In this document: one piece after another, positions 22,156-35,035 of the stretch
Numbering within the stretch: the first letter of the stretch is position 1
How the letters are laid out: each line of letters begins with the position of its first letter
NCBI GenBank assembly: GCA_963755915.1
Contig: CAVWLP010000003.1
Coordinates: 416,001-480,000 of the forward strand
DNA length: 64,000 nucleotides
Reading direction: 5' to 3'
DNA from: an uncultured Phycisphaerales bacterium
Lineage (GTDB): Bacteria; Planctomycetota; Phycisphaerae; Tepidisphaerales; Tepidisphaeraceae
Position numbers and translations under genes: made by a program
Notes under the pieces: model-generated
The model's input: only the letters and a program-made list of their open reading frames with translations
Database searches by the model: none
Told to the model about the DNA's origin: nothing

Positions 22156-24860
22156 ATGACAAGATTCAGACTCATAACAGCGGCGGTTTTGACACTGGGG
22201 ATTTTGAGTTTTGAGAGGCAGGGTATGGGACAAACGACAGCGCCGTCGGAAGAAAACCCGGCGGTGGGCAACCTGGCGATCGTGGCGAGTGCGTCGACGT
22301 CGTATGTATCACCGGACCAGACGATTACGTCGATCAACAGCGGGTATGAGCCGCGGAATTCGCGGGATGCGTCGCACCGGGCGTATGGGAACTGGCCGAA
22401 GCTGGGGACGCAGTGGGTGGAGTATGACTGGACGCAGCCGATCAGCACGAACAAGATCGACGTTTACTGGTTCGCGGATGGGCAGGGAATTCGGTGCCGG
22501 GGAAATGCGAGCTGAAGTATTGGAACGGGACGGATTTTGTGCCGGTGGGCGATGCGCAGGGGCTGGGGGTGAGGCGGAATCGGTTTAACGTGACGACGTT
22601 TTCGGAAATAACGACGTCGAAGCTGCGGCTGGAGTTTGAGCCGGCGGCGAAGGGGCTGAATTTTTCGACCGGGATCTTGCAGTGGCGGGTTTTCGACAGC
22701 GGGAATTCGCCGGAGTTCGCGCCGCTTGTGACGGCCGGAGTGGACCGGGTGGTGATGGAGGGCGGGAAGACGTTTTTGAATGGGGTGGTACGGACGATAA
22801 AAGTGGAGTCGCCGCTGTTGGCCTGGTCGAAGGTCTCCGGGCCGGGGGATGTGACGTTTGAAAATGCCGGAGCGGCGAGTACATCCGCGACTTTTTCAAC
22901 GCCGGGGGATTACGTTTTGACATTGACGGCGAAGGATGGGGCGTTGTCCGGGTCGGATTCATTGCATGTGAAGGTGGATGGCCAGGAGGCGTTGGGAACG
23001 CCGCTGCAGCCGGTTTATGTGACGAGCTTTCAGATCAACAGCAAATTCTGGAACGATCGGATCAAGGCGGTGATCGTGAACTGGATACCGCATGTGTATA
23101 CCAAGCTTTCGGATCCGCAGTTGCCGGAGGGGGGAGAGAATAATTTTGTGCAGGCGGGGAACAAGCTGGCGGGGAGGCCGTTTACGTCGCGGCAGGGGCC
23201 GCCGTGGGCGGATGCGTATACGCATAACACCGTGGAGTCGATGTGTCTGGCGCTGATGGTGGACCCGCAGGGGGACCCAGAGATTATCGCGGCGCAAAAG
23301 GCGATGAAGGCGAAGCTGGCGGAATGGATTCCGGAGATTTTGTCGGCCCAGGAGCCGGACGGATATTTGCAGACGCGGTTCACGCTCGACCCGACGAATC
23401 CCCAGCACTGGAGCCCGCGGTTCCGCGGGGAACATGAGGGTTATACGGCCGGGTATTTCATCGAATCGGCAATCGCGTATTACCGTCTGACGGGCGGGTC
23501 GGACATGCGGATGTACAACGCGGCGAAGCGATTGGCGGATTGCTGGTATGACCATATCGGTCCGCCGCCGAAAAAGGCATGGTTTGACGGGCATGAGGAG
23601 TTAGAGCATGCGCTGGTGCGGTTCGCGGCGCTGGTGGACCAGGTGGAGGGGCCGGGGAAGGGAGATAAATATGTGCAGCTTGCGAAATTTCTGGTGAGCT
23701 GCCGAGGGGGCGGGTCGGAATATGACCAGTCTTATGCGCCGGCAATCGAGCAGTATGAGGCGGTGGGCCATGCGGTGCGCGCGGTTTATCTGTACACGGG
23801 AATGACGGACCTGGTTGCGCAGACGGGGGACTTGAATTACCAGAGCGCGGTGCAGTCGATCTGGAATGATCTTGTGAACCGGAAATATTACATCACAGGA
23901 GGCGTGGGGAGCGGAGAGACGGCGGAAGGGTTCGGAGCCGATTTTTCGCTGCCGAATACGTCGTATTGCGAATCGTGCTCGGGGTGCGGGGAATTGTTTT
24001 TTCAGCATGCGATGAACATCGCGTATCCCGATGCGAAGTATGCGGATCTGTTTGAAGAGACGCTGTATAACGCGATTCTGGGTGACCTGGATCTGGAGGG
24101 GAAGAACTTTTATTACGCAAATCCCCTCGAATCGCCGGAGGAGGGAGGGGCGAGATATCCGTGGCACAACTGCCCGTGCTGCGTGGGGAATATCTCGCGG
24201 ACGCTGCTGTCGCTGCCGACGTGGATTTACAGCACGGATTCGCAGGGGATTTATGTGAACCTGTACGTGGGGAGCACGATGACGATTCACAATGTCGCGG
24301 GAACGGACGTGCAGATGGTGCAGACGACGGATTATCCGTGGAGCGAAAAGGTGACCATCACGGTGAATCCGGCAACGCCGACGAATTTTACGATCCGGCT
24401 GAGGTTGCCTACGCGGGATGTGAGCGAGCTTTACAAGAGCACGCCGGGGGCGGATGGGATCACCAGCATCGCGGTGAATGGGGTGGGCATCGGCGAATCG
24501 ATTTCGGAACGCGGGTATCTGAGCCTGAATCAGACGTGGAAGGCTGGGGATAAGATCGAGCTGACGCTGCCGCTGGTTCCACAGCGGATAACGGCGGATG
24601 AGCGCGTGGCCGCGGATCGTGGGCGGGTGGCGCTGCGGTATGGGCCGCTGGTTTACAATATTGAGCATGTGGATAATGCGAATCTCGATGTGCCGCTGAA
24701 ATCGGATGCGGCGCTGACGGCGGTTTGGAGGCCGGATCTGCTCGGAGGCGTGGTGGCGATCAAGGGGACGTTCGCGGATAGGTCGCCGATGCTGGCGATA
24801 CCGAATTATGCGCGGTGCAATCGAGGGGGGGCGTCGATTGTTTGGATGAGGGGGGAATGA
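22156..24860 (+). CDS. GH127 beta-L-arabinofuranosidase-like protein (frameshift near 22495)
   Basis: GHAVRAVYLY, YCESCS and CPCCVGN motifs; N-terminal signal peptide and discoidin/PKD-like modules. Confidence 0.9.
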
Positions 24861-24943
24861 GGGGGAGAATGCCGATTGCCGATTGCCGAATTGGGGACTA
24901 ATGCGTGGAATCATCCGCGGCCCAAGTCGGACTCAATGAAGCC

Positions 24944-27900
24944 TCATCGCTTTTGCAGAAATTTTGCGTCTTTATTGTCGTTGGGCAGCGTTGACGTCGA
25001 TACGGCGGGCTGGGATGTGAAAACTGCGGCGGCATAGGTAACGCCAGCGCTTGAATTTGCCTTGGGGGCGGAGGTTAACTGAGTTGCTTCCGTACTGCTC
25101 GTGGCCGGCCAACTATCGCCCTGGCCGAAATTAGCGGCCAGGGCGCTGAAATCGGCGCCGTTGACGGCGGAAGAGAACAGGAAATTTCCCTGGTCCCAGT
25201 TGGTGACGCCTTTGCCGAAATTGGCGGCGAGGATGCTGAAGTCGGAACCATTGACCGTGCCGTCGAGATTGGCGTCACCGAGCAAAGTGTATTTGACTTC
25301 GATTTGTCCGGAGGGAAGTCCGGCGACGACGCCATCGGCGCCGTCGGCCCAGCCTAGACTGTAGTTGGGCGTGAGGGAGATGGCCGAGCTTACGATGCCG
25401 GGGCCGTTCCAGCCGCCGTTGTTAAAGCCGCTTCGCAGGGCGGCAACGATGCTGCTGATGGGATCAGAGCCGGGTGTGTACTGGATGAACATCACGTTGT
25501 CATTGAGGTCGAGCACGCCATTGGTCAGCGTCAGGGCTTGGAGGATCAGTTGATCCGGGGTGCCGATCGCCGTTGGCATTGCGACGGAGGCGCTTTTGAT
25601 GGTGAGGCTGCCGATGGCAATCGTCGGGTTGTTCGCCAGATCGAGGGTGCCATTGGTGACGGTGACCGTGGAGGCGGAGGTATTGGCGAAGGTCACCGGG
25701 GCGATTGGCGTGCCGAAAAAGTTCACGGCGTCGCCGGAAGCGGTGTCGGTGACCAGGATGGCGTTGAAACTGCTGTCGGCGAAAATCAGCTCGGTGGAGC
25801 CTTGGGTGACGATCGCGTTGCCGCCGCTGGTGGAGACGGTGATGGGGCCGGCCGAGCTGAGGTTTACATCGAGCGTTGAACCGTTGAGCGACGCAATGGG
25901 CGTGATCGTGACGTTGTTGTAAATGACGTTGACCAGTTCGCTATTGCTCTCGGAACAGGCGACCAATCCGACGACGGCGGTAGTTCCGATTGCGGGGTTA
26001 AAGATTGAACCAATGAGCGTCCAGTTTGTGCCGTTGGAGGAGTAGTAGCCGGTGAAAGTCCAGCCGGTGCGGACCAGGCGCACGTAGAGGGGGCCGGAAT
26101 ATGTGATGGTGGTGCCAACCTGGGCGGTGGTTGCGCCATAGCCGTTGCGGTAGAGCATTTGGATGCCCAGGCCATCGGAATAGACGAGCTCGACGAACGG
26201 TGAATTGGCGCCAACCGAGCCGCGGAACATCACACCGCCCTGGGCGCCGGAAGGCTGGGTGCCGTCGGTGGCGACGAGGGGGGTTGGAAATGATGCGACG
26301 ATCGATGCCGGGCCGGTCACGGATTGGTAATCGAACTGGAACTGGTCGCTGGTGCCGCCGATTTCGGAGCCGGAGCCGGTGATGGTGTAGACGCCGTTGT
26401 TAAAGCTGCCGCTGCCGGCGAGGGTGGGTGATCCGATGTCGCCCGAGTGCCACGGCGGCGGCAATGTGGTGGCTTCAGTGATTGACACGTTGCTGAATCC
26501 GATACTGACCAGCTTGGAATTGTTGTGTGAATTGGCGACGAGTCCGACGGCGGCGGTGCTTCCGATCGCGGGGTTAAAGATCGAACCGATGAGCGTCCAG
26601 GTTGTGCCGGTCGTGGAGTAGTAGCCGGTAAAGGTCGAGCCGGTCCGGTCGAGGCGTACGTACAGCGTGCCGCCGCTAAATGAGACGTCGCTGATCTCCG
26701 CGGCCGCGGTTCCATCGCCGTTGCGATAGAGCATTTGAATGCCCTGGCCATTGATGTAAGCAACTTCGACGAACGACGCATCGGCGCTGCCGGAGCTGCG
26801 GAACATCACACCGCCCTGGGCCAAAAGAGGTTGGGTGCCATCGGTGGCGAGGAGGGGCGTTGCCAGCGACGCGACGATCGACGCAGCGCCGGTTACTGCC
26901 TGGTAGTCGAACTGGAACTGGTCGCTGGTGCTGCCGATATGGGAACCGGAGCCTGTGACGGTAAAGACGCCGTTGCTAAAGCTGGAGCTGCCGGGAAGGG
27001 AGGGCGATCCGATGTCAAGCGACTGCCAGCCGGTTACGGCCACGGTGGCTGAGTTACTGGCGCCGGTTGAATAGGCGCCGGAGATGGCGACGACGCGGTA
27101 AACGAATGAACCGGCGATCGTGTCGTCGTAAGTGTCGTTGGAATTGTTGACGTACGCCAGCGTAGTCCAGTTGGTGGTTCCCGCGGGGGCACGGTCGATG
27201 CGGAATTCAGTGGCGAGCGATGAATTGCTCGTCCAGGAGAGATGAATGTCGCCGGATGAGACGTAGGTGGCGGTCAGGTTCGTAGGGCGCTGAAGTAGGC
27301 GGGGTTGGAATCTAAATAGGACTCCCGCAGACCGTAGAAGCTCAAGCCGCCGCCGCGTGAGCCGGCGTATACCATGCCGTTGGCGACGGTGGGGACATGG
27401 AAGTGGAGGGTCCCGCCAAGCGCGTCGCCGGAAACGTCATTGGAACTGTACAGCGGAGCGCTGTTGAAGCTGTCGGGGTTAAATGCCAGCAGAGCGTCAC
27501 TACCCGGGTCCAGAGTCCAGGCGATGCCATCGGTGCCGTCATCATTGGAAATCACAAACGTGTTACCGGGGTAGCCAAAGCTGAAGTTTGTGTTGATCGG
27601 CGTGGCGTCGCCGGCCATTAATTGGTCGAGGTTTAGTTCGATTGAATCGTGGTTGGCAACACCGAGATAAACATTGCCATCGTAATAGGCAGCTGACGTG
27701 TAGAGCTGCGCACCACCCTTATTCAAACCGTTGTTGGCATATTCAGCGACGACATGGTCATAGGCAGACGGGTCGGGATTGGAGCCGTTCAGGGGGTAGT
27801 TATAGTTGTATTTCCCCATGTTATCGCGATCGATGAGATAGATTCGCGATTCCTTGCCGCCGATCATGAGCATCGGATCGCCGGCGGCATCAAGGACGTT

Positions 27901-30504
27901 GTTTGGGAGGACGGTGACACCGCCGGATCCGAGATCCAGATCGTCGTCGTTTAGTGCGAGTTGATTGGCGGGGGTGAAATAGTCGGCGACTTTAAGACCC
28001 CAGCCGTTGCCATTCTGGTTGGTGGGGGAGCTGTTTGGGTCTACTTCAAGTTTCAGGACGCTGTCGCCGTAGTCGTTGTCGATGGGGAAACCATTGGCGT
28101 TAAAATTGGAGGGCTCGCCATTGAACGCGCCATTGCCGGTCGCGACATAGAGATAGGTGCCGTCGGTGGAGATGCCCGCACCCGACACCCAGATGCCGCC
28201 GAGTTGGTTATAAGGCTGGGATTCGCCGACGACTGACACTGGTTCATAGGTTGGCGTGGTGACGAAAGCGGCGGTGAGCTGGAGGGTTGCGGCGCTGTAG
28301 CCGAGGACCCAGCCATAATATGGACCATTGTCGCCGTGGGATGCGAAACCGAGATAGACGTTGCCGTTGATCAGACTTACCGCGGTACGTTCCATCTGCT
28401 CGATGGCGTTGAAGGCGATGACGTAACCGGTGGCGCCGCCCGGTGCGGCGGTCCAACCATCGGTATCGGGGTAGGTGGGCTCGGGGGTGGTCGGGTCGTT
28501 GTTGCCGGTGCCGTCGACGATGGGGCCGGCGACGTAGGTGTATGGTCCGGCGGGCGGCCCCTCAACCACGCCGTTAGGCGCGATGGTGTCGCCGATGACT
28601 GCCGGACTCGTTGCTGGGTCGCCATTTTGAATGTGAATCGCCCACAAACGCTGGACGAAGTGCTTGCCATCCGAGCGGATTTCCTTGGTGTTGGCGTTGA
28701 GATAAATGATGCCGGTATTTGGATCGATGGCGGGCGTGGCCAGAATGCCGAGCTGGGGGCCGACATCGGGATTGTTGTTGATATCGCTTTGCTGGACCGT
28801 GGTGACGCCGGTGGTGGGGGTAAGAATGGTCGGATTGGTGATGTTGGTGAAGTTGTCGTGCCAAAGGATTACGCCGGTGTTGGCGTCGAGGGCGTACAAA
28901 CCATCCGCTTCCGTGGCCACGATGACGACGCTGTGAACGCCGGCATAGGGTCCGGTTGTAATGTCGACGTTCTGCTCGTAGAGCGGCTGAGCGATGACGT
29001 CGCCGCCGTCGAGTGCATCTGCGAACTGCTTGCCGAAATCCGTGGGATTTACATTGGTCGGCGTGAGGACGGTCTCCTGGTCGTTGTTGCCGTCGTTTGC
29101 CGAATCCACACCGTGGGTCACGATATTGACCGGCGCGGCGGGGCCCGGCGCCGTGGGCGAGGCAGTCTCTGTGTTTGATTCGGGGCCGCTGCCAACCGCG
29201 TTGACCGAGGTTACGTAATACGTGTAGGTGGTTCCATTTACCACGGTCGAGTCGGTGAAATAGTTGGACGTTAATCCTGAGCCGATTTCCATCGGGGTCG
29301 GATTCGCGGCAGTGTAGCGATAGACGTTGTAGCTGAGGGCGTTGGGATCGAGGTTCCAGTAAAACGTGACCGAACCGCTGATCACCAAGGGGGAAGCCAA
29401 CGTCGGCGCCGTTGTGGGCGGATTGACCGTGGCTGATTCGGTGTTCGACGCAGGGCCCGCTCCATACGCATTGGCCGATTCGACATAGTAGGTGTAGTTC
29501 ACTCCGGCTGAGATCGCGTCGTCGGTGTAGGTCAGCGACACGAGATTCGATGCAAGTTCCAATGGCGTGGGGTCCGACGGATCGGTTCGGAAAACATCGT
29601 ACGATGTGGCGTTGGGATCGTGGCTCCAGGTCAGCGTGTTCTGGCCGACGGATGTGATGGGATTGAGAGTCGGCGATGTTGTTGGGGCGGCAGTAACCGC
29701 CGGTTGGCCGGGGATGCCGGCGAGGTAATTGTTTTCAACGTCGGCCGCTGTGAGTGCGCCTGCCGAGATACGGAGCGAGGCGATATCGAGCGAACCATTC
29801 AAAGTCGGAGAGAAGCCACTGGCGGCGGTGTTCTGCGCGGCCAGATTGATCGGCAGCCCGCCGGTGGTATCGAGGGCGAGGCCAGTCGTGTACTGGAGAT
29901 AAAGCGATCCGTCCACATAGACATCTTCGTTGGTGCCGTCGTAGGTGAAGACCAGGTAATGCCAGTTGTTGGCCGCCGGGGCGCCGGAATTGGCTACACC
30001 CGGTGCTGCCTGCGTCCATTGGATATCATACTCAGGGCCCCAGAGGCCAACACCGTAGGTTGAGCCGAAGGAGAACGACTGATTGCTCCCGTCCGGTCCG
30101 CCGCGATTCGACCATGAGACCATCGTTTCTTCGGCGTTGTCGATCGTTGGGTTATCGACCCAGATTTCGATCGATCGACTGGCATTCCCGGTCAGGTCTG
30201 AAGGAGTGAGAAACGAGCTGGTGGCGGAATTAGAGCCGTTGAATTCGAGCGACTGGTAAGTGTAGCCGTTCGCGTCTTCCACGGGGCCAACCGTGACGCT
30301 GCCACCGACGGCGCTGAATGTCCCGCTCTGGTTGCCGGCGTTGGGAATCGAGGAGTAGGAACCATTGGCCAATTGTCCGGGAAGCACTTCGACTTCGACG
30401 GTGCCTTCGGCCGCCAGCAATGGTCCGGTGGAAAGGAGCCAGCGCTCTTCCAGTCTTTCGATGAAATAAGGGGATCGCCGGCGTCGACGCATTTTCTTCT
30501 CCAT
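24944..30504 (-). CDS. large secreted multidomain protein (LamG, FN3, PQQ-like propeller, beta-sandwich repeats, dockerin-like C-terminus); one frameshift near 27288
   Basis: planctomycete export motif IERLEERWLLS; reading continues from ORF 27274-30504 through PTNLTATY into ORF 24944-27043. Confidence 0.82.
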
Positions 30505-30656
30505 GGGGACACTCCGGGGGGAAACCGATTAATCTATGTTTTAATTGCTGGCGCACGAGCGCAAATTCTCGGTCGCCTTATGAAGCGTTGCCGTGCATTT
30601 TGATTTCTCCCGAATCCTCAGTATACCCCCAAAGCCTAGCACGAATCGCAAATTAT

Positions 30657-30700
30657 TGCGCCATGCAGGACTTGAACCTGCAACCCGCTGATTAAGAGTC
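30657..30700 (-). tRNA. 3' half of tRNA-Lys(CTT), an attachment-site remnant
   Basis: minus strand gactcttaatcagcgggttgcaggttcaagtcctgcatggcgca gives anticodon loop CTCTTAA, T-arm GTTCAAG and the acceptor 3' strand; no 5' half upstream. Confidence 0.88.
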
Positions 30701-30969
30701 GCTGCCGGTGCCCGCCGAAAAACACAAGAATCCCTCGGATTTTCCAGCATTTTATCAAAGTCCGAGAGTATTGCAAAACCGTATGTACGGTTTTGAGGAT
30801 TTGCAAGGGTTTACAGTAAGGCGCGAGGCGCAAAACCGTATGAGAAAAAGTGCGCGATTCACTGCAGACGATGTGCGATGCCAGCGCGGTGCATCGCGCC
30901 TTATGGTCAACGAAATTGGGTACGCGCTAACGGTGAGGGAAGTGAGAAGAATTGGGCGGCAAGATGCCG

Positions 30970-31314
30970 TTAGATGCTGACTCGGGCCAACTGCTGGCGT
31001 GCCGCTTCGATTTCGCGTGCGCGGTGCGCGGGCGTGCGAATTGTCTGAGCCTGCTTCCCGACGCGTTTAGCTGCGGCGACTTCGACGAAAAATTGCCTCA
31101 AATCGGATTCGGTGGTGCATGGCGTGCCTCCGACCCGGACCGTTTGTAACACGACGCCGGCCACGCCCCTAGTAGCCCATCGCCACAGACAGGTGTAGCT
31201 GAGTTTCGCGCCGCGCCGGCGGCGAGGCAGCCATTTCAAATTTGGGACGCTGGATAGCGGGAGAAGGTCGCTGGATTCGGATTCTCCGCCAGTCCAAGTT
31301 GATTCTGTACTCAT
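30970..31314 (-). CDS. DUF1580 family DNA-binding protein (excisionase-like)
   Basis: CLWRWATRGVAGVVLQTVRVGGTPCTTESDLRQFF; adjacent to att. Confidence 0.8.
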   Translation of the reverse strand: MSTESTWTGGESESSDLLPLSSVPNLKWLPRRRRGAKLSYTCLWRWATRGVAGVVLQTVRVGGTPCTTESDLRQFFVEVAAAKRVGKQAQTIRTPAHRAREIEAARQQLARVSI

Positions 31315-31607
31315 GGAGACTTCTCAAGGACAGAAACTCGGGGCACATTGCCGCCACCAGATGGTCGGCCATATTCTGCGCGTCATTCTAGTTATTACAG
31401 TTATTAAAGTCAACAATAATGAAATGCTACGGATGGGCGACGCGGGAGATATCTGTTTCCCGGGGGAGTTTTTGGATGTATAAAGCCAGAGACAAATCGG
31501 TCACTCCGCGTAAGTGCAGGCGTCACAGTTAATAACGTTAACAACATTATCTACTTGAATATGGAGCCGAATCGCCTACACTGTTGGGTTCATAGAAGGA
31601 GCAAAAC

Positions 31608-31835
31608 ATGGCACGTCCAAGGAAGGCCCCAGATCAGCAGGCGGAGCAACGCACTTATCGGTTCAACAAGCAGCTATTTGCGAAATTCGAGGATGACTGC
31701 GCTCGGCATTTGTCCAATCCCAAGTTGATCATCGAAGCCCTAATTTTGCACTGGATGGACTCCAAAACCAGCGTCCGGTCGGCGATCGCGGAGCGGCACC
31801 GCGAGCGGTTTGGCGTTGCTGGGGGCGAAGATTGA
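31608..31835 (+). CDS. small putative ribbon-helix-helix regulator
   Basis: SD aaggag; MARPRK...RTYRFNKQLFAKF beta-alpha-alpha-like pattern. Confidence 0.55.
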   Translation: MARPRKAPDQQAEQRTYRFNKQLFAKFEDDCARHLSNPKLIIEALILHWMDSKTSVRSAIAERHRERFGVAGGED

Positions 31836-32418
31836 AGCTGACGGCATATAGTTCCGTCGGCTTGGCAATAATCCCGACATTCCACCCGGATTATGTCACA
31901 CCCGGCTTTTTCCGGTCGTCAGTATGGCGGATACTTTAACTAGAGGATCGCCATGATCGTAACGTTGACTCAGGATGGATTATCGCCCGAGTCGGAATTG
32001 GTGGCGGAAAGCCGCCGGGGAAATCGTGAGGCGTTCGGGCGGATTGTCCGCCGGTATCAGGGGACGGTTGCCGGGGTGATTTATTCCGTCTGCGGCGATC
32101 TCCACCGCAGCGAGGATATCGCTTAGGAGGCATTTCTTTCCGCCTGGAAAAGTCTATCGGGGATGAACGATCCGGGAAAATTGGCCCCTTGCTCTGCCAG
32201 ATCGCGCGGCGGAAGGCGGTCGATTTTCAGCGGTCCAATCTACGCGAAAAAAATCGGCTGAGTCATTTATTTCCAGTATTGACCGCCGGCGAATCGTGTC
32301 ACGGGGTGCGCCAAAACCAGCCAGGGCGGGGCGCTTCAAAACCGGCCAATGTGCTGACGTATTCTATACCGCATCCGTTCTATCCGACGCAACTGTTCCT
32401 TGAGTTATTGGTCCCCGT

Positions 32419-33309
32419 TCACGCCGTCTGGCCGGCGGATACCCCCACATCAGAAGACAACGGCGGCTCTGTCACGGTGTCTTCCGGGGGGGAGCACCCT
32501 TCATCGCCGGCGGTACTCCGCCGTCCTTTTGGATTTGTCTTTTCCGGTGTCCCGGATTGGCCTGCCGTGAGCGAAGTCGAATGGCCCCCATGCCGAAGGC
32601 GGTAGCTCTTGCCGGTGATGTTGATGATCGTGGCGTGCTGCAGGAACCGATCCAGAATGGCCGTGGCCGCCGGCACGTCGCCGATCAGCTTGGCCCAGTC
32701 CTCCAGTGGACGGTTGCTGGTCATCATCGTCGAGCGGTTCTCGTGCCGGCGCATGACGATCTCCAGCAGGCATTCGCCGCTGCGCCGCGGAAGCTGCTTC
32801 ATTCCCATGTCGTCGATGATAAGCAGATCAGGCTTGAGATACCGGGCCAGCGTCTTGTCCTGGGCTCCCAGATCCTCGTCGCCTAAAAAGTCGCGGGCCA
32901 GGTCGAAGATGGATCGGTACAGGACCACCAAGCCGCTCTTGATCGCCTGGTGTCCGATGGCCTGGGCCAAAAACGATTTGCCCACGCCGGGCGGACCCAG
33001 CAAGAGCACGTCACGTTTGTCACGAATGAACTGGCCGGCGGCCAGATCGTGAATCTGTTTGCGTTTGATGGAGGTGTTGAAGGAGAAGTCGAACTCGTCG
33101 AGGTTTTTGGTGTCGCGGAACATCGCCGCCTTGACGTGCCGGCCGATCTGCCGGCTGGATCGGACGTTCAGTTCATCCTGAAGGATCAGTTCCAAAAACT
33201 CACTGTGGTCGAGCCGATTGCCGGCCGCCTCGCTCAGGCGAACTTCAAGGCTGCTCGCCAGACCTGAAAGCCGAAGTTGCTTGAGCGTCTGCATCAACGA
33301 AGGTCTCAT
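32419..33309 (-). CDS. istB: IS21 helper ATPase
   Basis: GPPGVGKS, LLIIDDMG, TSNRP and AILDRFL motifs. Confidence 0.95.
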   Translation of the reverse strand: MRPSLMQTLKQLRLSGLASSLEVRLSEAAGNRLDHSEFLELILQDELNVRSSRQIGRHVKAAMFRDTKNLDEFDFSFNTSIKRKQIHDLAAGQFIRDKRDVLLLGPPGVGKSFLAQAIGHQAIKSGLVVLYRSIFDLARDFLGDEDLGAQDKTLARYLKPDLLIIDDMGMKQLPRRSGECLLEIVMRRHENRSTMMTSNRPLEDWAKLIGDVPAATAILDRFLQHATIINITGKSYRLRHGGHSTSLTAGQSGTPEKTNPKGRRSTAGDEGCSPPEDTVTEPPLSSDVGVSAGQTA

Positions 33310-35035
33310 GGGGTGGACTCCCTTCGGCTCTGCTCAGGGCAGGCCTGTAAAGGTTGTGCGGCAGGCAAAGCCTCCGCTTGGGTGATTGCGTCGCGTACGA
33401 ACTGTCCGTAATCGGCCAGTCCGCGGATGATTGGATGTTCCTGAACAAACTCGAAGTGTTGTTGAACCGGTGCGCCGTTTTGGTGTTCGATGAGCTGCCG
33501 CAGGGAGCGCAGGTGATACGCGCCATGCCCCAGAGCAATCTCGCAGGCTCGTTCCACGGCCGGTCGCGGCTGCTGATTGGCCAGCGACAGCAGCCCCATC
33601 AACACGCGCACGCCTTCGATGCCGCGATGCTGAAGCATTGACTGCGCCCACTGCGTGGCGTGCGGCCCGATGCATTCGATCCGCTGGAGAAGCCAGGTCG
33701 TTCCACGCTCGATGCCGCTGATCTTCTCCGGCAGGATATGGGCGTCTTGCGTCGAGAACCTGCCCGGCGGACGCTGCGCGTGCAGAGCGATCGCACGCAT
33801 CTTCTGATCGAACAGCCGGACCGTGCGCCCGTCCCACCGCGCCCAGACCCGCTGGCCCAAAAACTCCGGCGGGACCGAATAGTACGCCCCCTTGATCTCC
33901 ACGTGCCCGTCGCGGTGAACACTGCGCAACGCCTCGGTGAAAAGATCGAATCGCACCGGCGGCAGAGCCAACAGTGCCGGCTTCTCTACCTGCTCGAAGA
34001 CTTCCTTCACCTGCCGCCGCGTCGTGCCGTGGATGCGCGTGTCGGCCACGCTCTTCTCCCACGTCAGCAGATGCGCGTTCTGATCCGAGAGCGAGGCGAA
34101 TTGCCGGCCTTTGAGAGCATTGCTCTTCACATAGCCGATGCCCCGCTCGATCTTCCCCTTGTGCCGCGGCGTGTACGGCTTGGTGGGCAGAATGGCGATT
34201 CCATAATGTTCGGCGAACGACCGGACCTTGGGACACAACTCCGCCTCGAACCAGTCCGCCCGCGTCACCGCCGCGCGAAGATTGTCGATCACCAGCGCTG
34301 ACGGCATCCCGCCGAAGTGCGTAAAGGCATTTTCCAGACAACGCAGAAAATCATCGGTCGTCTGCCGCTCCACCGCCTCGGCGTACCCCTTGCGGCTGTG
34401 GCTCAGCACAATGCGGAAGACCCAGGTTGCTTTGCGTTTGCCGTCAGGACCGACCAGGGCGCACCCCGGCCGAAGTCCACCTGCGCCTCGGCTCCCGGCT
34501 CGCATTCCATCCGGCGAAAGGGCGCCGGCGCGGCAGCCGAGAGCTTCTTGATGAACCGGCGCACGCTGTAATAGCTGCCGGCATAGCCGTGATCGCTGGA
34601 GATGTCTTGATAAATCCGCTGGGCCGTCAGCCCGGCTTCCAACTTCTGAACAATGACCTCACGCCAGGGCGATGCCGTACTGACCGACCCGATGGTGGCG
34701 CCGGATAACCCGGTGGCGCGCTCTCCGAGCCGCCTGCGGCGAGCACCGTCGAGCCGCCTGCGGCGAGCACCGTCGAGCCGCCTGCGGCGAGCACCGTCGA
34801 GCCGCCTGCGGCGAGCACCGTCGAGCCGCCTGCGGCGAGCACCGTCGAGCCGAGGGGCGCGCTGGCCGGTTTTGAATCCGATCCGGGCGCCGCAGGATCG
34901 CCGCCCGACAACCGGATGTGGCGTCCAACGGTCTCCCGGTGAACGCCGAGTTGGCGGGCGATGTTCCGATTGGACCAGCCGCTGCGCAAGTGCCAAAATT
35001 GCTTGTACTTCCGCCATCTTGAGTTGATTGGCCAT
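33306..35035 (-). CDS. istA: IS21 transposase (frameshifted)
   Basis: N-terminal HTH, EAQVDFG, LVIDNLRAAV, PRHKGKIER. Confidence 0.9.
34727..34846. repeat. 24-bp tandem repeat x5 inside istA
   Basis: unit gagccgcctgcggcgagcaccgtc (STVLAAGG). Confidence 0.95.

Noticed and set aside
30657-30735. Intact tRNA gene
   Set aside because: No D-arm, 5' anticodon stem or 5' acceptor strand
34727-34846. 24-bp repeats as a mini-CRISPR
   Set aside because: No spacers; an in-frame coding VNTR
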